Part shown: piece after piece, positions 38,517 to 48,760 of the stretch
How the letters are laid out: each line of letters starts with the position of its first letter
How positions within the stretch are numbered: position 1 is the stretch's first letter
Translations under genes and position numbers: made by a program
The notes under the pieces: generated by a model
Databases searched by the model: none
Told to the model about the DNA's origin: nothing
The model's input: the letters and a program-made list of their open reading frames with translations, nothing else
DNA from: Bacteroidales bacterium
Lineage (GTDB): Bacteria; Bacteroidota; Bacteroidia; Bacteroidales; WRLA01
Assembly (NCBI GenBank): GCA_963676415.1
Contig: OY781097.1
Coordinates: 1,660,555-1,724,554 of the forward strand
Length of the DNA stretch: 64,000 nucleotides
Direction: 5' to 3'

Positions 38517-39320
38517 TTATAAATTATCGGGCACGTAATCGCTGATCACCGCCTTTATCTGCTGCGCATATTTTTCGCCAATTCCCGAATATTCGAGTAG
38601 TCCGTCGGCCATGCTCCCGGGATCCATTCGATGGGCATGACGTTCTTTTGCGCGAATTCGGCGAAAATCTTTCATCGAGGCCATAGTGTTCAAAAAGTGC
38701 ATATAATCTTTTACGCCCGATTGCACATTGGGATAGGATTTTACCCAGAATTTCGGGTCTTTCACGCCTCGTGCCGCCATTCCGCATCCTTTATTGTAGC
38801 AGTGCACGCCAAAAAAAGCATTTCCTTCTTTCGCAAAGCGCGATTTGCCCCAGTCTGATTCAATGATGGCCTGTGCCATAGCAAGTTTAGGTGGCACAAT
38901 ATCAACCCGAAGCAACAGCTGTTCAAATTGTTTTTTTAATACAGCCGGTGTTGTTTTTGGGTGAAACTGAGCATAAGGCATGTCGTAATATGAGGCCGTT
39001 TGTTTCAAAAATGCAAGATCCTTTTGTGAAAGTTCAGTACCGGCATTCAGCTTGTCAAGGAGGGATGTGATTTTATCCCTTTTCTCTTTGATCTGTTCTG
39101 CTTCAAAACGTATGGCCGGCGCCATCATTTCGATAAAGGCTTTATCGTTTGCCGACATATTCTTTTTCCCAATGAAATCGGCTTTCCACGCGACATTTGA
39201 TTTGGCCAGCGTATCTGCTATGGTTTTGGTTTCTTCAACCGTGGCTTTGTTTTCCGGTTTTTGCTTACATGCCGTGAGCAGCACCAAAAACAATACTAAA
39301 AAGTTAAAAGGTTTTTTCAT
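38517..39320 (-). CDS. Glucosaminidase-domain (FlgJ/LytD-like muramidase) lipoprotein
   Basis: The preferred start is ATG 39320 (MKKPFNFLVLFLVLLTAC lipobox); the track start is 39380. The glucosaminidase motif is AQAIIESDWGKSRFAKEGNAFFGV. Confidence 0.75.
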   Translation of the reverse strand: MKKPFNFLVLFLVLLTACKQKPENKATVEETKTIADTLAKSNVAWKADFIGKKNMSANDKAFIEMMAPAIRFEAEQIKEKRDKITSLLDKLNAGTELSQKDLAFLKQTASYYDMPYAQFHPKTTPAVLKKQFEQLLLRVDIVPPKLAMAQAIIESDWGKSRFAKEGNAFFGVHCYNKGCGMAARGVKDPKFWVKSYPNVQSGVKDYMHFLNTMASMKDFRRIRAKERHAHRMDPGSMADGLLEYSGIGEKYAQQIKAVISDYVPDNL

Positions 39321-39386
39321 AAATCCGGTTTTTGCGACCGAATATAAGGATTTTTTGCGTTTCAGGAATTTCAGCTTCAATATTGC

Positions 39387-40991
39387 CTAAAACCCATTAA
39401 GCTTCATCAGTACAGTAGGAATGAGCAGCAAAAACCCTAAAATCACCAAAACGAGCATAAATGGTGCGATCCATTTCACCCATTTGTCGTAAGGGATTTT
39501 GGCAACGCCGAGCACACCGATCAAAACACCGGAAGTAGGTGTGATCATATTGGTAAAACCATCGCCAAACTGGAATGCCATAACCGTTGCCTGGCGCGAA
39601 ACGCCGATCAGATCAGAGAATTGCGACATAATGGGCATGGTCAGTGCTGCTTTGGCCGAACCTGATGGGATCACCACATTGATGATGGTTTGGAAAACAT
39701 ACATCATGCCTACCGAACCTACTTTGCCCATATCGGCCATACTGCCTGCAATGCTGTTGAGGATGGTATCAATAATCTGCCCGTTGTTGAGGATGATGAT
39801 GATACCGCCGGCCAATCCAACGACCATGCCCGCCGATAAAATATCTTTCACTCCGGTGAGAAAAAGCTGCGTTATACGGTTTGGGCTGTAATTCATCGCC
39901 ATACCGGAAGCCAGGCCCATCACGAAAAAGAGCGTGGCAATTTCCATTACGTACCATCCGTATCCCATCACGCCTGCGATAAGGTATAGAATGGTAAATC
40001 CCAGCAGGTGGAGAATGAAAAAATGCACCGATTTGCGCAGGGAGAAAAACCCTCCGACAACAAACAATCCGGCCAGCACCGGCAATACAGGCATCGTGCT
40101 TTCGGAATTGCCAATTTTCAAAGTGCTTTCCGGAAACTGAAATCCATAGATAATCAGAACCACAGAAAGGATTCCCCAGGTGATCCAGGCAGAAAGAGGC
40201 GTGTAAAATTGTACGTTCTCCGGATCCGTATTATGTTCTTTGCGCCAAACTTCATCGTCTTCATAAACCAGGCTTTTCTTTGGGTTTTTCTTGATTTTTG
40301 CTGCATAGCGCAATATCCAGGCAATACCGAGAACATTGATAACCAGCCAGCTGAACATGCGGTATTCCAAACCGGAAAAGAGCGGAAGGTCGCTCAGGCC
40401 CTGTGCAATTCCAATGGTGAAGGGGTTGAGCAAAGCGCCGGCAAAGCCCAGCCCGGCAGCAACAAAGCAGAGCGAAACGCCCACAATGCTGTCGTAACCC
40501 ATAGAAATGGCCAAAGGCACGAAAATAATCACAAAGGCGATGGTTTCTTCGCTCATGCCGAATACGGCGCCAAAAATGCTGAACATCAGCATGATGAGCG
40601 TAAATATGAGATTATCCACACCGATTTTCCGGAAAAAGGCAATATTCTCGAGCTTGCGGGTCATTTTCAAAAAACTGAAAATCCCCACATCAATGGCTTT
40701 GCTTTCGTTCATAATCCAGAATGCACCGCCAATTAATAAGATGAAAACGATGATATCTGCTTTATCGACAAAACCATCAAAAAGGGCAGAAAATATCTGC
40801 CAGGTTTGCGGTTCATTATCAAGATATTCGAAGGATTCGCTGACAATTACCTCGCGGGTGCCGCCATCGGGCATGCTTACCGTTTCGCGCTCAAAAGCGC
40901 CTCCGGGCACAAACCAGGTAAGGATTGCCGAAAAAACAATAATAAAGAAAACAATTACGTAAGTGTGGGGGATTTTCCTCTTTCCAGCCAT
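39387..40991 (-). CDS. YfcC / C4-dicarboxylate-anaerobic-carrier family transporter
   Basis: 534 aa polytopic membrane protein. The MAGKRKIPHTYVIVFFIIV N-terminus and overall layout are typical of the YfcC family. Confidence 0.8.
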   Translation of the reverse strand: MAGKRKIPHTYVIVFFIIVFSAILTWFVPGGAFERETVSMPDGGTREVIVSESFEYLDNEPQTWQIFSALFDGFVDKADIIVFILLIGGAFWIMNESKAIDVGIFSFLKMTRKLENIAFFRKIGVDNLIFTLIMLMFSIFGAVFGMSEETIAFVIIFVPLAISMGYDSIVGVSLCFVAAGLGFAGALLNPFTIGIAQGLSDLPLFSGLEYRMFSWLVINVLGIAWILRYAAKIKKNPKKSLVYEDDEVWRKEHNTDPENVQFYTPLSAWITWGILSVVLIIYGFQFPESTLKIGNSESTMPVLPVLAGLFVVGGFFSLRKSVHFFILHLLGFTILYLIAGVMGYGWYVMEIATLFFVMGLASGMAMNYSPNRITQLFLTGVKDILSAGMVVGLAGGIIIILNNGQIIDTILNSIAGSMADMGKVGSVGMMYVFQTIINVVIPSGSAKAALTMPIMSQFSDLIGVSRQATVMAFQFGDGFTNMITPTSGVLIGVLGVAKIPYDKWVKWIAPFMLVLVILGFLLLIPTVLMKLNGF

Positions 40992-40999
40992 AAAGTTGA

Positions 41000-43333
41000 T
41001 TAGTTTGTGATGAGCAATTTCTTTGTAATCCTTGTATTTCCATCAAAAATCCGGAAAATATAAACGCCTTGTTTGTCGAGATTTATTTGAAGCCTGCTGT
41101 CTTTCGCATAACCTTTTTGTACGCATTTCCCATCGCTGTTGATGATGCTGTATTCGCCTTCGGGAAGGTTTTGCAGCATCATTTTGCCGCTGGAGGGATT
41201 GGGGAAAACACGGATTTCATCTTTTGGGGTTTCATTCTGACCCACAAAAGTTTCATCACAAACAGCCAGCGTATATTCTCCGGCTTTCATATCGGGCACA
41301 TAAATGAAACCCACATTAAAAGGTCCTACACGCTCGAACGGCACAGAATGCCAGTTTTCGGAAGCATCGCGACGGTAGAGGATCATTAAGGAATCCGTTG
41401 GATTGGTCAACAAAGTGTTATCTAGATAACCGGTTTTGCTGTATTTGAATTTTCCTTCAATGGTCATTTTTCCGTCGAAATCTCCTTTTATGGTCCAGTA
41501 ACGTGCATCTGAAAGGCGCACACCGGGAATTTCTTCGAGGAAATCATCGGGTGCCACCCAATTATGTTCTACACTTACCCAGGCCGAATCCCCTAATTCC
41601 TGTACATCAAAACTGCAAAAGGTGTGTCCGAAATCGTACGTTCCAGTGGTTTTGATGGTTCTTTGGGCTCGTGTAACCGCGTCGGCCATGATGTCGGTGG
41701 CATTGACCAAAACAAATGCGGGATCAATATCCAAAGTGAAGGTCTGGCTGCCGTTCTGCCCGGCCAGCTCCATGGCTACATCCTGATGCTGCCATTGTGC
41801 ATCAACAAAACGGAGCATCACTTTATTTTCGGTGAAAAACTGTTCTGTGCCGCGCAGTTTTTGTTTCATAAAGACTTCTGCATCAAACTGATTGCCATTT
41901 GCCACAACATTGAATGAATCGACCGAAAACTGTGGAAAGCCTGGATTGAACACCCAGCTGTCGAAAAATGCGCTCAGGTCTATTCCGCTGTGTTCGCTCA
42001 AGGCATCGCGCAGGTTCCATGAACTGGCGTCATTATAGGCATATTGTTCCAGATAATGGCGCACTGCCGGGAAAAAGGCATCATCGCCCATATAATTCCG
42101 CAAAGTGTGCACCACGAGCGCGCCTTTTTGGTAAACAGTTTCACCATAAGTGATGGTTTGCGGAATGCCGTAAAGCGCGTAATATCCGCCATCATTGGCA
42201 TGGCAATATTGCAAAACACTGGCTTTTTTGTTGAGATAATAAGCCTGATAGGCATTTTGGCCATAAAGGATTTCCTGTGTCAGATATTCGTTAAAAACAG
42301 CCCAGCCTTCGTTAAGCCACATATCTTCAGCGGTTTCGCAGGTAACTTTATCGCCAAACCACATATGCGAAAGCTCATGGGCATAAAGATATTCGTAGGT
42401 CAGCCCGCCATCGATGCAGCCGGTTGGATAAGCGATATTGGTGGCATGTTCCATAGCGCCTTTGGGCGTACTTACATAGCCCACGCGCTCAAAAGGATAC
42501 GGCCCCCAATGGGCTTCAAAACCTGCCATAATCTGCGGAAGGTTAATAAAAGAATTGATGGCCTGAAGGCTGTCGTTTTCATGCACATAAAGATACATGG
42601 GTATATCGCCGTTCATACCTTCAAAATTCTGCTCAATTTTGATATAATCGGATACCGCAACCGAAGTGAGATAAGTGGGCAGGCTGTGTTCCGTTTGCCA
42701 GTGCCAGGTTTTTGAGCCGTCTCCATTATCTTGAACATCAATCAGATGGCCGGTGCAGATGGCTTTGTGTTCCTGTGCTGCAGTAATATAAAATTCGTAT
42801 GTGGCCCGGTCGATAAAATCATCGATGCAGGGATACCAAACGCGGCCGTAATTATGTGGATAATCTTCAAAAGCCACGCCGAGATTGTAGGCTATTCCAT
42901 TGTTAAAGTGAAAACCGCCCCAACCATAAGGCTCTACATTGGGCTCGCCATGATAATGGATGCGCAGGTTGAATTCCTCTCCGGCATTCACAGCTGTAGG
43001 CAAATGCAGGCGTATAACAGTGTCATTGCCTGAAACAGAAATTTCTTCATCATTGGTAAAGGCAGAATCAACTTGCAGTTTCAGCAGGTCCAGATTAAAA
43101 GCTGAAATGTTGTCCATTTTTGTTTTCATTTGGATGTATGCCGTTCCATAAAGGATTCCTTCGTCGAAATCCATGATTTTTAAATCGAGCCGATAATGTT
43201 CAATATCAATGGTATCGGAAAGGAATTGCGCCTGGGCATTAGATCCCAAAACGATGATCAGCAGCAGGCTAATAATCATACTTCTGATGTTTAGCAGGGG
43301 CTTTTTCATATCGATGGTTTTATGTTCTGCCAC
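41000..43333 (-). CDS. M1 family metallopeptidase (aminopeptidase-N-like), T9SS-sorted
   Basis: 777 aa. Motifs: GAMEH, HELSHMWFGD and WLNEGWA. C-terminal CTD: IRVFPNPSSGKMML...GVYIFRIFDG. Confidence 0.9.
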   Translation of the reverse strand: MAEHKTIDMKKPLLNIRSMIISLLLIIVLGSNAQAQFLSDTIDIEHYRLDLKIMDFDEGILYGTAYIQMKTKMDNISAFNLDLLKLQVDSAFTNDEEISVSGNDTVIRLHLPTAVNAGEEFNLRIHYHGEPNVEPYGWGGFHFNNGIAYNLGVAFEDYPHNYGRVWYPCIDDFIDRATYEFYITAAQEHKAICTGHLIDVQDNGDGSKTWHWQTEHSLPTYLTSVAVSDYIKIEQNFEGMNGDIPMYLYVHENDSLQAINSFINLPQIMAGFEAHWGPYPFERVGYVSTPKGAMEHATNIAYPTGCIDGGLTYEYLYAHELSHMWFGDKVTCETAEDMWLNEGWAVFNEYLTQEILYGQNAYQAYYLNKKASVLQYCHANDGGYYALYGIPQTITYGETVYQKGALVVHTLRNYMGDDAFFPAVRHYLEQYAYNDASSWNLRDALSEHSGIDLSAFFDSWVFNPGFPQFSVDSFNVVANGNQFDAEVFMKQKLRGTEQFFTENKVMLRFVDAQWQHQDVAMELAGQNGSQTFTLDIDPAFVLVNATDIMADAVTRAQRTIKTTGTYDFGHTFCSFDVQELGDSAWVSVEHNWVAPDDFLEEIPGVRLSDARYWTIKGDFDGKMTIEGKFKYSKTGYLDNTLLTNPTDSLMILYRRDASENWHSVPFERVGPFNVGFIYVPDMKAGEYTLAVCDETFVGQNETPKDEIRVFPNPSSGKMMLQNLPEGEYSIINSDGKCVQKGYAKDSRLQINLDKQGVYIFRIFDGNTRITKKLLITN

Positions 43334-43541
43334 AAAATTAGCAAATACTCCTGTTTGCCAGCGGATTTACTGAAATTCTTCTGGTGTTCGATTGCGGACA
43401 GTCCGTGTTATCCAACGTACACAGCGAAAAAAAGCAGGCTTTCCAATAGCAATATAAAATATTGATTAGTAGGATTTTGTAATCGTGGCATGTTTTTAGC
43501 AGAGCAATGTGCCAATGAATGATCAAACAAAATCTGGGATA

Positions 43542-45005
43542 ATGAAACGTAGCCTAATCTACCGAAAGAAAATAATCGTTTTTGTAATGGCGGTTCTGAT
43601 TGCAACTGCCGGTTTTGCACAAACAGCTCCCGGCGATGAGCAGGAACCCTGGTCTTTGGAAGCCTGCATTAACTACGCCAAAGAAAACAATATCAGCATC
43701 AAGCGACAGCGCCTCAATATTGACCTGGCAGAAAAAAACCTCTCCGAAAGCAAATACAGTTTTGCGCCAACGCTCAATGCTTCTGCCAATTCTATAATCA
43801 ACTGGGGGCAAACAATCGACCGATATACCAACCAGTTTGCTTCTACTTCCGTTCAGTCCAATGATTTTTCCATTTCTACACGCCTTGATTTGTTCAATGG
43901 CTTTCAGAAATTGAATACGCTAAAGCAACGCCAGCTGCAATTGCGAATCAGTCGCTATAATGTTGATAAGATGGTAGATGATGTTAGCCTGAACATCACA
44001 ACATATTACTTGCAGGTCCTGTTTTACCGCGAGCTGGTGCGCACCACACAGGCGCAACTGCAAACAACCCAGCTCCAGGTAGAACGCACCCAAAAACTAG
44101 TGGAAGCCGGTACATTGGCCAAAGGCGATTTATACAATATCCAGGCACAGGCCGCCGCCGAAGAGCTGAATGTAGTTGAGGCAGAAAACAACCTGCAAAT
44201 CAGTATGCTGACCCTTGCTCAACTGCTTGATTTGAACAATGAAGCTTATTTTGAAATCGACCAGCCCGAAGTGGACATTGAAGCAGAAGTGAATGCCACA
44301 TCGGCCACGGCAGTTTATGATTATGCGGTAAAAAACCGTCCGGAAATTAAAGCAGCAGAAGCCGGCGTAGATGAAGCGCTGGTTCAGATGAAAATAGCCC
44401 GCGGAACCTATTATCCTTCGCTCAGCCTTTATGGAAGCTGGGGAACAGGCTATAGTGGTGCAGCAAAAGAAGCAATCAATCCGCAAATGAAAACCATGCC
44501 CATTGGTTTTGTGCAAAACACCATGGATACCGTTATGGGCTTCACCTATGATTATGATTATGAAACGAAATCGTTTGGAGATCAGATCAAAGACAACAAC
44601 AACCAAACTTTGGGATTTTATTTGAGCATCCCGATTTTTAATGGATTGCAGGCCCGAACCAATGTGTCCCGTGCCAAAATCCAAAAAGCCGATGCAGAAC
44701 TGGCGCTGGAGCAAACCAAAAATGATTTGAATAAAATCATCCAGCAGGCCGAAGCCGATGCAATTGCCGCTTATAAAAAATATTATTCTGCCGAGAAAAA
44801 AGTTGTGGCTTCGCAGGAGAGCTTCAATTATGCCGAGCAAAAGCTCAATGTGGGCATGATCAATACCGTGGAATATACGGAAATGAAAAAAGAACTGACC
44901 CGTGCCGAAGCAGAGCTGCTGCAGGCAAAATATGATTTTGTTTTCCGTACCAAAATACTCGATTTCTATATGGGCATACCATTATCACTAAAAGAAGGTA
45001 ACTAA
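43542..45005 (+). CDS. TolC-family outer-membrane efflux protein
   Basis: The preferred start is ATG 43542 (MKRSLIYRKKIIVFVMAVLIATAGFAQ). Two OEP repeats with coiled-coil character are present. Confidence 0.85.
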   Translation: MKRSLIYRKKIIVFVMAVLIATAGFAQTAPGDEQEPWSLEACINYAKENNISIKRQRLNIDLAEKNLSESKYSFAPTLNASANSIINWGQTIDRYTNQFASTSVQSNDFSISTRLDLFNGFQKLNTLKQRQLQLRISRYNVDKMVDDVSLNITTYYLQVLFYRELVRTTQAQLQTTQLQVERTQKLVEAGTLAKGDLYNIQAQAAAEELNVVEAENNLQISMLTLAQLLDLNNEAYFEIDQPEVDIEAEVNATSATAVYDYAVKNRPEIKAAEAGVDEALVQMKIARGTYYPSLSLYGSWGTGYSGAAKEAINPQMKTMPIGFVQNTMDTVMGFTYDYDYETKSFGDQIKDNNNQTLGFYLSIPIFNGLQARTNVSRAKIQKADAELALEQTKNDLNKIIQQAEADAIAAYKKYYSAEKKVVASQESFNYAEQKLNVGMINTVEYTEMKKELTRAEAELLQAKYDFVFRTKILDFYMGIPLSLKEGN

Positions 45006-45250
45006 TTTGAATTGATGAAGCCGGGAGCAGAAATCTTCCGGCTCTTTGATTTTACGTTCTTTAAAATTGTATCTTTGAAATCATACAGGGCTTTAAACCC
45101 TGTTTTTTGCGTTTCATCATGATGAATGAAATTTATGAACCAGATATTAGAACAATAAAACCATTAACCCGTTAGTCTTTCGGGCATTTTGCTCCCAAAC
45201 CAGAGTAAGATTTAAGACCGTAAGACTTATCTGACCAAAAAAATAGTAGC

Positions 45251-46612
45251 ATGAAAAAGAATAAACTCCTGTTTATCGGACTTGGCGCATTGCTTATCAT
45301 CCTGATTGTAGTTGCAGTGGTGAAGAAAAAAGACGGACGGGAACTGAAAGTAATTGCCGAGAAAGCCGGCAAAAGAAGCCTCATTGAAACCGTTTCTGCC
45401 AACGGAAAAATACAGCCTGAAAAAGACATTAAAATTACGCCATATATTTCCGGCGAGGTAGTGCAATTGCTTGTCAAAGAAGGCGATCAGGTTACCAAAG
45501 GCGATCTTTTGGCAAAAATTGACCCCGAAATTTATGTCAGCGTTTATGAGCAACGAATGGCCAACCTCAATACGCAAAAAGCTAATCTCGCCAATGCAAA
45601 AGCACGTTTGGCACAGGCAAAAGCAAAATTCCTGAACGATAAACTCAGTTTTGAACGCAACCAGAAACTTTTTAAAGAAGAAGTGATTTCTGATGCCGAT
45701 TTTGAACAGGCTACCGCCAATTACGAAATGGCAAAAGCCGATATGGATGCAGCAGAACAAAGCGTATTGGCATCGAAATTCCAGGTAAGCAATGCCGAAG
45801 CTTCTTTGAAACAAGCCAAAGAAGACCTGGACAAAACGGCTATTTACAGCCCGGCTTCGGGTACCGTTTCGCAGCTGAGCGTGGAACAGGGCGAGCGCGT
45901 TTCGGGAGCATCGCAGTTTAGTATCGGTACGGAAATTATGCGCATTGCCAATCTCGATAAAATGGAAGCCAATGTGGATGTGAACGAAAACGATATTGTG
46001 CGCGTAAACCTCAACGATACAGCCCTCATCGAAGTGGATGCCTACCTCAACCGTAAATTCAAGGGTTTGGTAAGCGAAATCGCCACATCGGCCAGTAACC
46101 TCAACAGTGTCAGCGTGGACCAGGTAACCAATTTTGCAGTGAAAATCCGCCTGCTTCCTTCATCATATGCCGATCTTACATTGGGAAAACCGGCTTCGTA
46201 CAGCCCCTTCCGCCCGGGAATGTCCACAACAGTAGATATCCAAACGACCCGTGCCGGAGATATTCTAACCGTGCCCATCCAGAGTGTTACCGCACGCCTT
46301 GATACCGCCATCCAAAAGGACCGTAAGGCCATGGGGCGCAATCCGGATAAGAAAAATGATGACGAGGAAGAAACCAATGATGCCGATGACTTTAAGGAAT
46401 ATGTTTTCGTAATCGAAGAAAACAAAGTCATCATGAAAGAAGTGACCACTGGCATACAGGACGACCGCTATATTGAAATTACCAGCGGTTTAAAAGAAGG
46501 TGATGAAGTAGTTACCGGCCCTTACAACGCCATTGCCCGCAAACTGGGAAACGATACCGAAGTGAAAGTTGTGGACAAGGAAGAGCTTTATAAGGATGAT
46601 GATGAAAAATAA
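45251..46612 (+). CDS. Efflux periplasmic adaptor (HlyD/MacA-type membrane fusion protein)
   Basis: 453 aa with an N-terminal TM helix, a lipoyl-like motif (VKEGDQVTKGDLLAKID), a long coiled-coil hairpin and beta-barrel regions. Confidence 0.85.
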   Translation: MKKNKLLFIGLGALLIILIVVAVVKKKDGRELKVIAEKAGKRSLIETVSANGKIQPEKDIKITPYISGEVVQLLVKEGDQVTKGDLLAKIDPEIYVSVYEQRMANLNTQKANLANAKARLAQAKAKFLNDKLSFERNQKLFKEEVISDADFEQATANYEMAKADMDAAEQSVLASKFQVSNAEASLKQAKEDLDKTAIYSPASGTVSQLSVEQGERVSGASQFSIGTEIMRIANLDKMEANVDVNENDIVRVNLNDTALIEVDAYLNRKFKGLVSEIATSASNLNSVSVDQVTNFAVKIRLLPSSYADLTLGKPASYSPFRPGMSTTVDIQTTRAGDILTVPIQSVTARLDTAIQKDRKAMGRNPDKKNDDEEETNDADDFKEYVFVIEENKVIMKEVTTGIQDDRYIEITSGLKEGDEVVTGPYNAIARKLGNDTEVKVVDKEELYKDDDEK

Positions 46613-46632
46613 AAACCAATAAAACGATTTCG

Positions 46633-46665
46633 AAAGGCAGCTTTTTTATGGGCTGCCTTTTTTTA
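46633..46665. terminator. Bidirectional terminator between the adaptor gene and tadA
   Basis: Stem aaaggcagc/gctgccttt, a 10-nt loop, then a T-run. Confidence 0.75.
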
Positions 46666-47109
46666 TCGCTTCTTTGCAAAAAACGCTTTAAGCAAAGCAG
46701 AGCATTCATTTTCCAAAACCCCTGAAAGCACTTCCGTTTTGGGATGCAGCAAATTTTCGTTCAGGCGCGAAAAACCACGTTTCGGATCTGGTGCACCATA
46801 AACCACACGTCCGATCTGCGTCCAGTAGCTGGCGCCGGCACACATCACACAAGGTTCGAGGGTTACATATAAAGTGCAGTTGTTCAGGTATTTTCCGCCC
46901 AAAAAATCGGCTGCAGCTGTAAACGCCTGCATTTCGGCATGGGCGGTAACATCATTAAGGCGCTCGGTGAAATTATGCGCCCGGGCAATGATGCGCTGAT
47001 CGCATACAATCACTGCGCCTACCGGGATCTCGCCCAGCTCAAAAGCTTTTTCGGCCTGCCGCAGTGCTTCCCGCATAAAATGACCGTCACTGAAAATACT
47101 TAATTCCAT
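46663..47109 (-). CDS. tadA: tRNA-specific adenosine deaminase
   Basis: 148 aa with HAEMQA and PCVMCAGA zinc-binding motifs. Confidence 0.9.
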   Translation of the reverse strand: MELSIFSDGHFMREALRQAEKAFELGEIPVGAVIVCDQRIIARAHNFTERLNDVTAHAEMQAFTAAADFLGGKYLNNCTLYVTLEPCVMCAGASYWTQIGRVVYGAPDPKRGFSRLNENLLHPKTEVLSGVLENECSALLKAFFAKKR

Positions 47110-47168
47110 AATTCTTTTTTTGCAAAGGTAGCGACATCCCGGAAGCCGGGCTTGAGATTATGACAAAT

Positions 47169-47447
47169 TCACGGCATTTCTCCATTTTCTGTATATAAGG
47201 ACTGATAATACATCCCGCCTTCCATATCCACATAAGCCTCGATATACACAATTTTCTTTCCATCCTTTTCATAAACCTGAAACTGATAAGTAGTTGCCCT
47301 TTCCGTCAGTTCTTCGTAGCGCACGAAAGTGCAGCCTTTTTGAGAAAGCTGTTCCGGTATCAGATAGCTTTCGCATTTCTTTAAACCTTCAGTTTCTTTA
47401 TCGCGCTTTGCGAAATATTCTTCTTCTGCTTTAGTAAATCCCATCAT
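47169..47447 (-). CDS. Hypothetical protein
   Basis: 92 aa, co-directional with tadA and 59 nt upstream of it. I recognise no motif. Confidence 0.45.
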   Translation of the reverse strand: MMGFTKAEEEYFAKRDKETEGLKKCESYLIPEQLSQKGCTFVRYEELTERATTYQFQVYEKDGKKIVYIEAYVDMEGGMYYQSLYTENGEMP

Positions 47448-47624
47448 AATGTTTCAAAGATAAGTATTTTACCTGCCGCATCCAATCATCGGAAGGCTTT
47501 GACCTTCGGTTTGATGCACTCATCGGATGGTTCAAAGTCATCCGATGAGTACATCAGGACATCAAGCGTACTTTTATTCCTTAATCAACAAAAACCTTTA
47601 ATTTTGCCAAATAAATTATATAAG

Positions 47625-48227
47625 ATGTTTATAATAGACAAAACGATCATCTCCGAAGATATTTTCGATATCCATTTCGTATGCGATCTGGACAAATGTA
47701 TGGGTGCCTGCTGTGTGGAAGGCGATGCCGGAGCGCCATTGCTCGAAGAGGAAATCGGGATACTGGAAGATATTAGCGATGAGGTAAAACAATATATGGT
47801 GCCCGAAGGCATCGAAGTCATTGAAACAACGGGCACATTTGATTATGATGAGGATGGCAGTTTTGTTACGCCCCTTATTGGCAACCGCGATTGCGCCTAC
47901 GTTTTTTATGATGAAGAAGGCATCGCGAAATGCGCCATTGAAAAAGCTTATGAAGAAGGGTCCCCCATAACGCTCAGCCATAAATTTAAAAAGCCGGTGT
48001 CCTGCCATTTGTATCCGGTGCGCATTAGTCAGGTGGGCGAGCATGAAGCCGTGAATTACCACAAATGGCATATCTGCAAAAAAGCCCTAAAAAACGGCAA
48101 AAAACTGGGCGTACCCCTCTATAAATTCCTGCGTGAACCGTTAATCCGATATTATGGAAGGGATTGGTACGATGAACTTTTAAAAGAAGGGCTGCGCAGG
48201 GAACAGGAAGCGAAAACAGGGTTTTAA
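47625..48227 (+). CDS. DUF3109-like Cys-rich protein
   Basis: The start is moved to ATG 47625 (MFIIDKTIISEDIFDIHFVCDLDKCMGACCVEGDAGAPL), which matches the DUF3109 N-terminal pattern from memory. Confidence 0.7.
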   Translation: MFIIDKTIISEDIFDIHFVCDLDKCMGACCVEGDAGAPLLEEEIGILEDISDEVKQYMVPEGIEVIETTGTFDYDEDGSFVTPLIGNRDCAYVFYDEEGIAKCAIEKAYEEGSPITLSHKFKKPVSCHLYPVRISQVGEHEAVNYHKWHICKKALKNGKKLGVPLYKFLREPLIRYYGRDWYDELLKEGLRREQEAKTGF

Positions 48228-48485
48228 ACCCCATGAATTTTCGCGTATAATTGACCCGTTTTTTGGTTTCTCTTTTTTGCTCATCATGAAAAAGGGGGCG
48301 GTTATCACGAAAAACAGGCCGTTCATACAATAAGTCAAAAAAAGCTTGCACAGAAAAAATCCCTGATGTAATTTGCAGCATAATTAATAAAAAGTACTGC
48401 TCATTTGATTTGGTTTTATAGAAGACAAAAGAGCATTTTGGTTTTTGGTTTTGTTTGCGACGCAAACGTTTTTTCGCTTGTGGTA

Positions 48486-48515
48486 AGGGACAGCAATGGG
48501 GGCTGTCCCTTTTTG
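48486..48515 (+). terminator. Strong plus-strand intrinsic terminator 260 nt after the DUF3109 gene
   Basis: Stem agggacagc/gctgtccct (9 bp, 7-nt loop) followed by T5. Confidence 0.7.
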
Positions 48516-48760
48516 ATTTCGTGTTTTGACATTAATAAAATTACAGGTATTTTCTAACAGCCTGGCTTAACACCCCCGATGAGGAACCACGCCCAATAAG
48601 CACCATAACCCTCCCATAAAGCTTCCTTTCTTATTTTAAAAAATCTACCTGTCCGTGACGGACAATGGTTTCCGGCTTTTTTATACAATTCCTGCTCGTA
48701 GGCTAATAAGTCCATGGTATTTTATCATGTTTTAGCCGGGACAAAGTCTGATCAAATATA

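Noticed and set aside
45085-48231. Near-identical 16-mers ACAGGG(C/T)TTTAAACCC at 45085-45100 and 48216-48231, flanking the adaptor-tadA-DUF3109 block
   Set aside because: By a back-of-envelope estimate, about 20 pairs matching 15 of 16 are expected by chance in a 64-kb window. One copy is inside coding sequence (the end of the DUF3109 gene) and the other is a terminator stem. I treat the match as coincidence.
48228-48515. Possible sRNA between the DUF3109 gene and the strong terminator at 48486-48515
   Set aside because: I could find no convincing TAnnTTTG promoter box in the interval. The terminator is equally well explained as the end of a long DUF3109 3' UTR.
48554-48715. 53-aa minus-strand ORF (MDLLAYEQELYKKAGNHCPSRTGRFFKIRKEALWEGYGAYWAWFLIGGVKPGC), below the track cut-off
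   Set aside because: It has no motif. It contains an internal perfect palindrome (tgtccg-tca-cggaca) that suggests structural rather than coding sequence. It lies in the degraded region next to the IS200 relic.
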